Made by a program: the position numbers and the translations under genes. The notes under the pieces were generated by a model. It worked only from the letters and a program-made list of their open reading frames with translations. It searched no databases and was not told the origin of the DNA. Of a stretch of DNA of 64,000 nt, positions 11,951-23,900 are shown piece by piece (within the stretch, counting starts at the first letter, position 1; each line of letters begins with the position of its first letter). This DNA is from Phoronis australis (Eukaryota > Animalia > Phoronida), in assembly GCA_002633005.1 (NCBI GenBank), contig NMRA01000356.1, positions 127,693 through 191,692 of the forward strand, read 5' to 3'.

Positions 11951-14900
11951 ATGGATCCTCCAACAAGTCTTTCGCGTTATCTGGATGGGGAATACTGGCA
12001 AGTGAAAGAGAAATTACGCAGCTATTTTGTTGACAATGAATTATTCAAACTCAGGTAACATTTGATCCAGCATTGTTAAGATTTCTGAAACTTGCACAGT
12101 CAGGGATCTATAGATTAAAAATCAGGTTCTGGTGACCTGAGTTCGCTTTCAAGGAACTCGGCCTCGGACTTGTAAAAGTTGTTGCCTTAGGACAGGCATA
12201 AAATTCTAAATCCTTGTGAAACAGTCAGAACCTTCATTGGTTCAGACTCGTACTTTGTCAACTAAATTCCTCACACTATAGGAATATAATATCTAGTGCT
12301 TATTAACAAATCGATGCATGCCTCCTTTTGCGGATTTTGCCTCTCCCTCTCAGCCAGGTTTACAGAGTGGAAACTCTGAACTTTGGCCATTATCACAAGA
12401 CCGACAAATCAGGGTTGTCTTATATTTAAAGATAATCTGAACGATTATGATTCACTAGACCCCAGTCGCCAGTGGTATTACCGAATTGTTAAGATAGGGG
12501 GGAGGGGGTATGCAATGCACCATCATATGGCTGTATATACTATATTGTTGTTTATGTATAAACAATTAGCTAAGTTAGTGGCTAAGCATCAGCACTGTAA
12601 ATGTTGACTTTTTAATTAGCCATTTCAAAAAAGCTCTTCCAAGGCTTGATTTGGCAACCTGCAGCTCACCAGTGTCAGCTCAGTTTTTATTTTGACTACC
12701 TGGTAAAATCTACATGCAAAGTTGCTGGATTTTTGTGAGTTGCAACCATATCATAAGCTGTCTAAAAATCAACGATAATTCATTTCAAAATTTGGTGATT
12801 TCCAAACTATAAAACTTAGTAACACTTTCCCCAAATTAATTACCTTTGGATCACAGTTGTTCTATTGTTGTCTTGAAATCAACACCTCTGCCACCATCAG
12901 CACAGCTCAGTACTACAGGAAGTAATCAAGCAGTAGCCAAAATTGTTCATCAAAATGCATATCATAAGCCTTGAGAACCTTGCTCAAATGCAATATCACA
13001 CAGGACATCACCATGTATTACAAAAGAAGCACATTATCCAGTTGCTTCTGTCAACAGAACTTTTGCCCACTGCCCAATCTGTAGATGCAATACATTCGTG
13101 AACATGCAAGATCACATATTGTCATGGCGAGGTATCACCATACATCACAAACAAAGTATGTAATGTGATAACTACTTGCGATATTCTTGTATCTACGGAA
13201 GTCAGCCCTGACAGAGCCCAACCATGACACGTGCAAATAATGTTTGCTGATCGACTGCTTTCTCCTTAAGATAGAGCTGTATACCTCCTTTTCTTGTCAT
13301 GTTAGCCATTTTTAACAGGGCTGTCACTTGTGAAGATCGGAACGTTCACACTGCCGTACATAGGGTTTCCTTTTTTGTGAACTCATTTCCCATTTGCTTA
13401 CCTAGATATTTTGTCAGTTTGCCTTTGGCAAGTTAACATTCACTCTTCAATAAAAATGTTAATCATAATTCACCAGAATGCTTTGTGGAAGACCAACAGA
13501 ACAGTTTGCATGTAGTTTCATTGGCTTTACTTGGCCATAACTTTCATCGTGAACTAGAGGCAAAGAGCAAAGCAAAATAATGTTAGCTATTTGTTTATAA
13601 TTGTTGTCTTCAAATTCTTGTAGCTGTGCAAAACATTAATTCATTGTCAATACAAGTTAACTGGCTTTTACAACAATTTAGCTTAAAATGTGGTAAACAG
13701 TGCCAGAAAATTTATTCTCATTGCCCTTTCCCCACACAGTTAACTTCCACTGAAGTTTGGATGTTAACTGGTGAACAGCAAAGTTAAGCGTCAGTGTTCC
13801 CATCAGCTTTGTAGTTATAGGCAGCGCTAATATGTCCTGTGGTCATATGGCAAGAATTTCTCCCTCTCCCTAGATGGAAACTAGAATGTCAACTTCACAA
13901 GGCAGCCAATGGTTGCCATGTTGGGACGATGACGATGTACTAGAAAATGAAATAGTACAAATTTTGAATCTTGAGGAGGCTAACAGCTGATCCAAACAAA
14001 GGTAGTATAGCGTGGCAGGAACAAGGTTTGCGTAGATTACATGTTCAGTGATTTAAGGAGTCCAGCAATTACGTGGATAAATTGAAACAAATTGTTTATA
14101 CTGCCAAAATAATAATTATTAGAACAAAACATTTAACAAACAAGCAGTCACAGTTCACTGTTGTCAAATGCAGGCAGCGGTCGATATCCCCCGATGTCAT
14201 CAAAGTTGGGTGTTCCAATTGTAGCATAGCGCCGACGCTTCACAATTACATATCCACCTCTTTAGTTCAGAGTTAACTTGCGCTGTTAACTTCGTTAAGC
14301 GTTTCCATTGACCGAAGCTTCAGAGGCAGTGGGAAAGGCCTCTCAATACGGAAAGTAAGTGTTTCTTTTGTTAGTAATAGACATTTTGATAATTTTCAAC
14401 TGTTTAGCAAACAAGTGAAATTTTGTTTATGAAAAATTTCTCAGCAAAAGTAGACATTAAGAAAATTTGAGTGTATCGGTAGCTTGATTACTACCGAGTA
14501 GATGCCATGGAACCACATTTTGGTAAAATTTCCAACATAAGAAAATTACTGTTTTGTCATTTTTTGCGGAAAATAAGTGAAGAATTACATATGTTTGTTC
14601 TACGTGTTTAAGATTTGACCTATACCTGCCTGAGGCGCGGTCAGTGTCCACCAAGAGAGCCATGTACCTATTCCAAGTACCAGAGGTCCAACAGCAGTTT
14701 GACATGCAGGCACAGCAGGACCGTGGCTTCATCAATAGGAGTCTAGCTATGGGCGAAGTATTTGCGGCTACTGATGTGTCAGTCACCATCAAAGTAAGAA
14801 ACTATGATCTGAATTCACTAAAGGTACCTAATTTGAAATGTTCGGCAGCTTATGTCTATGGACATTCTCAAGCTGGTAAGTATGTGAGTTTCATCCTGTT

Positions 14901-17900
14901 ATGCTGGTTCATTGGTGGTTACTCAGAACGGAACTATGAAGAGTCCAGCTGGCACTGACATATGTCTGTATTCATGCAAGACACACCAGGGTTCCTTATG
15001 TGAATGAACTACCTGATCCATGTGCTGTATCTCATCTAGACTAATCTGAGTTCCTGCCAACCAGCCAGAATGACACTGAGACCTCTGATGATATGTTAGT
15101 CACCTGAAACTACAAGTTTGAGAATGGACACAGACATGAATGGCCGGAAATGTTCACAGTAAGAGTCTCATCTACACACTATTTTCTAGATAAATAAAAT
15201 TGTTGTGACCTGGCTTGTATTTGTTAGATGCCTTTGAAGGAAAATAGGTTGCAGTGTTAAGGTGGTTGGTGTTTTTACCAGAATTCAGATTGAGCATGCT
15301 GCTCCCAGATGTTGGCAGAAGTCACACCATTGAGTTATTCAGTTCATGACCTGCAAAGGAATAACACAGTCTCTTATATTAGAGTACCGACTGTGTGTGG
15401 AAAACGTGGAAAAGATGTTGAGAGCACCAACATTTTCAGATGACTGTTCCAAAAAATTTGGTTTTATGCTCAGAAGTGAACGATAGGGATTGTAAACGAA
15501 TGCATATTGTTTACTGTGTCACTCCGGATAAAGTGTTACACTGAGGTGTTCACAACATCAACTATCAGTGACAAGCTTGTTACGTTCAGAAAACCTTACA
15601 TTGCATACATAATCTTATTGTGTTGATCTTTTACAGATGGGTGTCATGGCCTGGCTATTTGGTGGTGCTGTTATCAGTTTAGGAACAGATGAACAAATTA
15701 AGAAGTGGTTTTTACCTCTTAAGGTATGATGTACCAAAAATTGCATTTTAGTTGAGAAATTTGAGCATTTTCCTGGAGGCAGCAATTACAATTCACAAGT
15801 ATGGACATATCATGACTTCAAATCTTTCAAGTGTTTTGCTGTCATCGTGACTAGTTATGTTTAGTGTTAGAGAAAATGCCTAGTGGGTGGGAACAAAATT
15901 TTGGTCTACACTTTATTTCCAGTACACTCACTCACCTGAGGGGAAAGATGCCTTCTTGATTAGGGGGAAAATACACTCCCCAGCCCGAGTGCCAACCTTC
16001 ATTGGCAGTGCCTTAAGTAGACATAAGTGATTCTGATTTTTATGCACCCACATATTTATATGTGGACGCATTATGCCGTCATCTCTGTCCGTCCGTCCGT
16101 CCGTCCGTCCGGGCGGCGTCCGTCCGGCGTCCGCTGCTCTATCTCCAAAACCCTTTAACATACGTTCATGAAATTTGGCACATATGTTCCATTCATGAGT
16201 GGGACGGCATGTGCGAACTTTCGGACGGATCCGACCACCGGTGTGCCCCCTAGTGGCAATTTTAGTTTTTTACGCTTACCTTTGTATCTTCAAAAGTCCT
16301 GAACGGATTTTCATGAAATTTGGTATGTAGGCACCTAGTAATGAGATGACGCTATCCTGCCGTTTTCGGATGGATTCGACATAGTTTGCGCCACCTAGTG
16401 GCCATTTTTAGTGTTTTCGAGTCTGTTTTTGTGCTTCCNNNNNNNNNNNNNNNNNNNNNNNNNNNNNNNNNNNNNNNNNNNNNNNNNNNNNNNNNNNNNN
16501 NNNNNNNNNNNNNNNNNNNNNNNNNNNNNNNNNNNNNNNNNNNNNNNNNNNNNNNNNNNNNNNNNNNNNNNNNNNNNNNNNNNNNNNNNNNNNNNNNNNN
16601 NNNNNNNNNNNNNNNNNNNNNNNNNNNNNNNNNNNNNNNNNNNNNNNNNNNNNNNNNNNNNNNNNNNNNNNNNNNNNNNNNNNNNNNNNNNNNNNNNNNN
16701 NNNNNNNNNNNNNNNNNNNNNNNNNNNNNNNNNNNNNNNNNNNNNNNNNNNNNNNNNNNNNNNNNNNNNNNNNNNNNNNNNNNNNNNNNNNNNNNNNNNN
16801 NNNNNNNNNNNNNNNNNNNNNNNNNNNNNNNNNNNNNNNNNNNNNNNNNNNNNNNNNNNNNNNNNNNNNNNNNNNNNNNNNNNNNNNNNNNNNNNNNNNN
16901 NNNNNNNNNNNNNNNNNNNNNNNNNNNNNNNNNNNNNNNNNNNNNNNNNNNNNNNNNNNNNNNNNNNNNNNNNNNNNNNNNNNNNNNNNNNNNNNNNNNN
17001 NNNNNNNNNNNNNNNNNNNNNNNNNNNNNNNNNNNNNNNNNNNNNNNNNNNNNNNNNNNNNNNNNNNNNNNNNNNNNNNNNNNNNNNNNNNNNNNNNNNN
17101 NNNNNNNNNNNNNNNNNNNNNNNNNNNNNNNNNNNNNNNNNNNNNNNNNNNNNNNNNNNNNNNNNNNNNNNNNNNNNNNNNNNNNNNNNNNNNNNNNNNN
17201 NNNNNNNNNNNNNNNNNNNNNNNNNNNNNNNNNNNNNNNNNNNNNNNNNNNNNNNNNNNNNNNNNNNNNNNNTATAGGATGTGCTTGTATTATGAAGATT
17301 ACTCACATTTTGCCCCTAGCCTATTGAGGAGACAATGACCATGCCTTTCCATTTTGCAAAGTATGCCCTCTACTGGCCACTTTATGGTACCAATAAACAA
17401 CCCTAGAAGGATACCGTATGCGGTGCAATTGTGGGCGCATTTCAACGCTCCGCGTTGCTCTTGTTTTGTATTGGAGAACAGTGCCAATAGTTGGCCCCAA
17501 AATCAGGCCACTGAGGACCGTGCTCTACATTTCAGAAGTATACACAATAACATAACTTTAATAATTTAGCCAGGGTTAAAAGTAATTTGCAAAAAATCTT
17601 GAAGCGTACAGAATTGATTAGGTTAAACCGCCTTTCAGCTGCAGTTGTAGGCAGGAGGGGAATTTCTTGGTTGAGTAAATTCCCCCTCCAAACCCCAGTT
17701 GCCACTCCTGTCAGCAATGTCTCAAGTAGCCAAAATTAATGTTTCGCACAAGTGACTCTAAAATTGATAGGAATTTTTAATCATTTGATAATTGAGGGAA
17801 TTTTTTAGCCCATTGAGGGGAATTTTCCAGGATTTTTTAAAGTATTTTTCGCAGGGGAATAAGGCCGATATTCATTCCCAGAAGTAAAGCATTGAGAGAT

Positions 17901-20900
17901 CTAACTTCTGACAGAGATGAAATAAGAATCTGCCTCAAGAGCAGTTTGCTGGCATGTTGGTATGTAATCTCCATGCATTTTTAAGTTTACCTATAAGCAT
18001 AATTGCTTATTATGTCCACTTTGTACATTCCAGGACCTTAAATTCTCAGGTATGTTCTGCATGTCTGAAAAGGGACACGGAAGTAATGTACGGCAGATTG
18101 AAACAGAGGCTCATTACGATGTTCACACCAAGGTACAAAATTGGTTTAGCTATGTGTATCCGTTTGTATGGTTGGATTACCACTATGGTAATGTGTATTT
18201 CTTAGAAAAAAATTTGGTTTCTAACCTGTTGTATATTTATGAACTTACAATTTATGAAGTACAAAAACCCATTGTCATGTATATATAAAGTACTGTCCAC
18301 ACAGACTTACCCTAGAACAAGTTACTCCTGGAAGGAGTTGTCGTTAGGTTTGGAGGCTGTGTGGACACTATTTAAACTAGTGACAACTTACTCCACCTTA
18401 TCGAGGTGGAGTAACTTGTTCTAGGGTAACTTCCGCCACTTCATTAGTTCCGGTGTGGCCTTAAAGCTGGGGCAAGTCACAAGTAATTATCAGCTGCAGT
18501 TACCTACAGGATTTTTGTTTGCGCCGCATTTGCAGTAGGTGATTTGAATGACGTTTTGTTTCATTAAGTTGTTGATTTATACAATATTTCTATTTTATGT
18601 CTATCTTTTAGGAGTTTATTATTAACACACCATCGGAAGATGCCAGTAAGATGTACATTGGTAACTCACTGGGGGGTGAATTTGCTGCTGTATTTGCTCA
18701 ACTCTACTTAGATGGCCAGTGTAAAGGTTAGCGTCATGCCTTTTAAATAATGTAATGTTTTTGTTCAATTTCTAGCTATGTAATTTATGTTGTAGTTTGT
18801 TAATAAAAATTCATGGACATTCCTACCGCAGGGAATACAAAGTTAACGAAGCTGTTCTTCCACACAACTGTTGCTTTACTACCGACATTGGACGGGCAAC
18901 CTGCCTCCTTTGATTGGGTGTGATGAGTGAAAATAGCATCGGTCGTATACATATTGGGTATAATCTGTTATTTGTAAACATGTTATGTATTGTCTTAATT
19001 TGTCATATATTTGTCAGGGCCTCATTGTTTCATCGTGCCTGTGAGAGAAAATGGCTACACGTTGGGCGGGGTCAATGTGATTGATCTGGGTCTCAAGGAA
19101 GGTAATAGTAGTCCCAAAATATACTGTTTAGCAGTTAACACTCTAGCACATGTATTAGATCCCTGTATAACTGGTGAACACTGATTGATTGAAAATAAGT
19201 CGCAATTATGTGTGAATGTTTTGGTGTGAACATTTCAGAAATTAAATATGTGTTATGTAAACTATAATTAATGCTATAATTTGTAACAATAACTTAGTGA
19301 ATACCTNGACGGGCAACCTGCCTCCTTTGATTGGGTGTGATGAGTGAAAATAGCATCGGTCGTATACATATTGTGTATAATCTGTTATTTGTAAACATGT
19401 TATGTATTGTCTTAATTTGTCATATATTTGTCAGGGCCTCATTGTTTCATCGTGCCTGTGAGAGAAAATGGCTACACGTTGGGCGGGATCAATGTGATTG
19501 ATCTGGGTCTCAAGGAAGGTAATAGTAGTCCCAAAATATACTGTTTAGCAGTTAACACTCTAGCACATGTATTAGATCCCTGTATAACTGGTGAACACTG
19601 ATTGATTGAAAATAAGTCGCAATTATGTGTGAATGTTTTGGTGTGAACATTTCAGAAATTAAATATGTGTTATGTAAACTATAATTAATGCTATAATTTG
19701 TAACAATAACTTAGTGAATACCTGATGATTAAACTTGTAAGTCACAAGCTTCTTTTCCATTTCACTATTGATAGTTAACACCTTGTTATCTGAGAAGACT
19801 TTTTGACATAAACTCAATGCTTTACTGTACAGCAGTTACAAACTTTGCTGCCTTTCAGGTTTAAATGGTGTTGACAATGGGATGTTGTCATTTACCAATG
19901 TCAGAATTCCAAGAGAAAATATGTTGAACAAGTAAGTTTGAATATTTTCCTTTCAATTGGCAATCATCTCTTTAAATCAGACATTTCTGTTCATTTCATT
20001 CTGCGTTTAAATGATGAGTAGAAGTAATAGAACTCCAATAATTTAGATTATATTATTTCTTTAATAACTGCATTACACAGCACATATGATTAAAGCAAGT
20101 TCAAGCAGAATTCACAATCAAAATTTACCTGGTATGAACCAAAATGGTGAGCAATAGAATTTTTTCTGATATTATGAACTTTTCCTAAATATTTTTTTAC
20201 CTAGAATTTGGGGAAGTCACAAAAGCAAGTACAGTCAATTAAATGACACAGGCGCTTACAATCATTGTTAATCATTAGAAAACAAAAAATTCAGTAGGAA
20301 ATACTGCTTTTAAGATCTTTATGTTTGCTTATATAATTGACCATGATACCAACATGCAGGTGCCTTTTGGTGATATTAGTTGTAAAGTCTATATTTGTTG
20401 TATCAGGTTTGCCAGTGTCAGTCCAGATGGAGTCTACTCATCCAGTATTCCAAATAATGGTGCCAGGTTCAATGCCATGCTGAGTGCTCTCATACCAACT
20501 CGTGTTGCACTCTGTTTTCAGGCACTGGCCAGTCTTAAGATTGGCCTTGAAATTGCTGTGAAATACAGTCTACAGTGAGTAACATACATTAAATTGGTTG
20601 ATTTTGTTATTTCTTGTTGAATAGAAATTTTGCCAACTATGCTGCTCAATCATAAATAATTTTGTTCCCACTCTCTAAATATGAAATCTAGACACAACAT
20701 ATGTCTTGTCAGTGGCTCGAAGCCTAATGGTTTTGGTTGAAATTGGATGCAAAGTGTTGTGGCGTCCATTTTTTATTGTTTCTTTATATAGCTATAGCTC
20801 AGGTGCTCTTTGATTTTATGTCTTTCTGAAATTTGGTATCATGTGAATATGTTGAACATGTCCATGCAGACGTCGACAGTTTGGTCCGAACAATGGGGAG

Positions 20901-23900
20901 CCAGAGTGTATTATTCTTGACTACCAAACACACCAGCAAAGACTGATGCCATATATTGCTTCTAGCCTGGGCCTCATGTTCACTACTCGGTAAGCTGAGA
21001 AGCATTGCAGGATTCATTTAAGAAAAGAATTTGTAAGAGATCAATTTGGTCATGGAGGCTTAGAAAATCTTATGTATTACTTATGCACTACATTTCATCA
21101 CGAGAAATTTTAGTGCATCTATAATTTGTGATGCTTACAGAAAACTAAACTTGAATAAAAAAGACGAATATAGTACAAATTGAATCAAACCTATGCATTG
21201 TAGTCTGTGTTGCCGATGGTACATAAAATGTTAATAGGCTTTCTTCTTAACAAATTCTCAGTCTGTTAGCGTTTTTGTCTTCCATTGCTAATGAAGAACA
21301 CAATTTTCAGTGTGTTCCTTCTTTAACCATGTGAAAATAAAATCTTTTGTTTAGTATATCAAATTCCCAACTGTTCCTTGGCCGAGTTTAGATTTCTGGG
21401 TCCTTTTTATGTGTTGTAATTTTTTTATAACCTTAACTCAATCTTTTGTGTCTTCAAATAAATGACAATGTTTTGTGATCAAGGCAGTTTGATTTCTGGC
21501 CAGGTACGCTGGTGAATTGCTTGACCTTGCGAAGCTTCGCGATGAGGATGTGACCACCAACCGACCTCTGCAGGCCCTGTGTTCTGGCCTGAAGGCTTAT
21601 TGTACCTGGGAGGCTGTGCAGGGCTTACAGGCCTGCAGGGAGTGTGTTGGGGGCATGGTAGGTAGCTTTCTCTGAAATAGGCTCGGTGTCATTTCAACTC
21701 TCATAGTCAGTTACTCTGGCTTAAACGGTATCCTTGCATATGTTGTAGCTTATTGTTATGTAATGTAATCAAGCAGCATTGATTACTCAAGCATTAAGTA
21801 AAACAGTACCAATTGGTGAGTGGTTGTTAACGCACAATTCAGAAATTAAATGATAAGGGTTGTAAAGCCACTTACAAGAAAGTCACTTTTTTAAATTGGC
21901 CAATAATCGTATTCTTGCATCTAGAATGAGAGAAAAGTGTTTCATTGAAGCGAATTGTTCTTTTAGCTCGATCTTAATACTTAAATTTGTTTGTATTATT
22001 GTAAATGCTGTAGGTTCTAATTATAATAGATGATTTATTGGGCAACTATGATAGGCAGAGTGAGAATAAATTCAGTGCTTTTCTTTGCAATATCCATTTA
22101 AATGTGGGCGCATTATGCCATCATCCCGTCCGTCCATCTGCCACCCATTTGGTGTCTTTCCGGCATGCGCTGCTCTATCTCCAAAACCCTTTGAGGCAAT
22201 TTCATGAAATTTTGCACATTCCTTTCATGGATGGGACAGCATAAGCGAACAGTTCTTACTACGGGTGTGCCCCCTAGTGGCAATTAAAGTTTCTACGTTT
22301 ACCTCTGTATCTTCAAAGGTCCTCAACAGATTTCACGAAATTAGTGATATGATGCTATCATTTTGTTTTTGGGTGGATTCTAGGTATTTTGCGCCACCCA
22401 TTGGCCATTTTTAATTCTGTTTTTTTGGCATCCGCCCCTCTGTCAACAAAACCATTTTAAGGGTGATTGTGAAAATTGGCATATATGTTCCTACTGTGAT
22501 TTTCCGCCATCTTGGACTACTGTGGCTCCTCCTAGTGGCAGTTTTGTTTTTTGTGCCGATGGCTGTATCTCCTAAACCCTCTTTATTAAATTTAGGGTGT
22601 ATTTATATGAAGTTGACAACAGAAGACAATGACTTTCTGATGTATCCGACAAACGCTGTGCCCCCTAGTGACAATTTTATCATTTTTTCAGTTTTCCTCT
22701 GTTCTCTGAAGTTCCTTGACAGAGTTTTATGAAATTTGGTGATTAGGTTTCTATTAAAGGAACAATGTTCCCGTTTTCAGATGGATTTGACGTATGTTGC
22801 GTCATGTAGTGGCCATTTTTGCTGTTTTCTAGCATGCCTTTGGCGTCTACCCCTCTATCAACCAAACTCCTCTGAGGATGATTTTGAAAATTAGCGTTTA
22901 TGTTTCTACTGTGAAAAGAACAGCTAATGATGATTATTGGACTAGTGACGCCTCATAGTGGCAGTTTTTTGCATTTATGTCTGTATCAACGGACAACGAC
23001 ATTTGGATGTATCCGACTACAGCTGTGCCCCCCCCCAGTTACATCCACAGCAAGATCTTTCTGAAATTTAGCAGATGTGTTTCTATGGAGATAGCAACAG
23101 ATGATGGCCAGTGTCTGACCATTCTAACTACAGCTGTGCTCCCTTGTGGCAATTTTGTGTTTTATGTTTGCCTTTGTAATTTCAGAGTTTCTTGATGCTT
23201 TTTCATGAAATTGGTCAAACAAATTTCCATAATGAAGATGACAGCAAATAATCGTGAGAGATGACATCTCCCCATTTTTGGATGGGTTCAATGTATTCTT
23301 AGCCGTTAAAACACCTGTAGATGCACACCCTTTGCAGTGCAGTCAACGCATTTCAATGCTCCACGTTGCTCTTGTTTCCAGATTGATATTGGCTTTCAAT
23401 CTTCATTAAATGTCACCTTGATGTACATTTTTGTAGGGTTATTTTGAGGAAAACAGAATATCTTCACTCAAGAGAGATGCAGATGTCTTTGTGACTTTTG
23501 AAGGTGATAACATGGTCATGTTACAAGTGAGTTGATTGGATAATTGTTTGTGTTCACACAAAAGTCTAACAATGTTGGTGTTTGTGTACAAAAAATGAAT
23601 GTGAATCTAGCAATTAAGACTTTTATCCTTAAATTATCTTTCGTCTAACACATTCCAAGTCATTGCATTGAAACTGACAAATAAGAAGTGTTTCATCTTT
23701 CTTATTTTCCTTTGTTATATGCACAAAATTCCTGGTAATGTCATTTTTGTTATTGACACTAATTATCTTGTTTTTAGCAAGTAGCCAAAGAGTTGCTGGC
23801 TCAGTATAGTAAACAGATGGGTGATAGTAAACTGTTTGCTGCGTTCTCTGTTGCTAAGAGCAACTGTATGGATTCATTAAAAACCAGGTAATAACATTGA

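Noticed and set aside
12900-13090. Minus-strand [10 protein letters not shown], reminiscent of a PHD finger
   Set aside because: Interrupted by stops immediately afterwards; at most a very old TE remnant and not supportable.
10757-17327. Long ORFs at 10757-11269 and 16386-17327
   Set aside because: They are open only because they run through N gaps.
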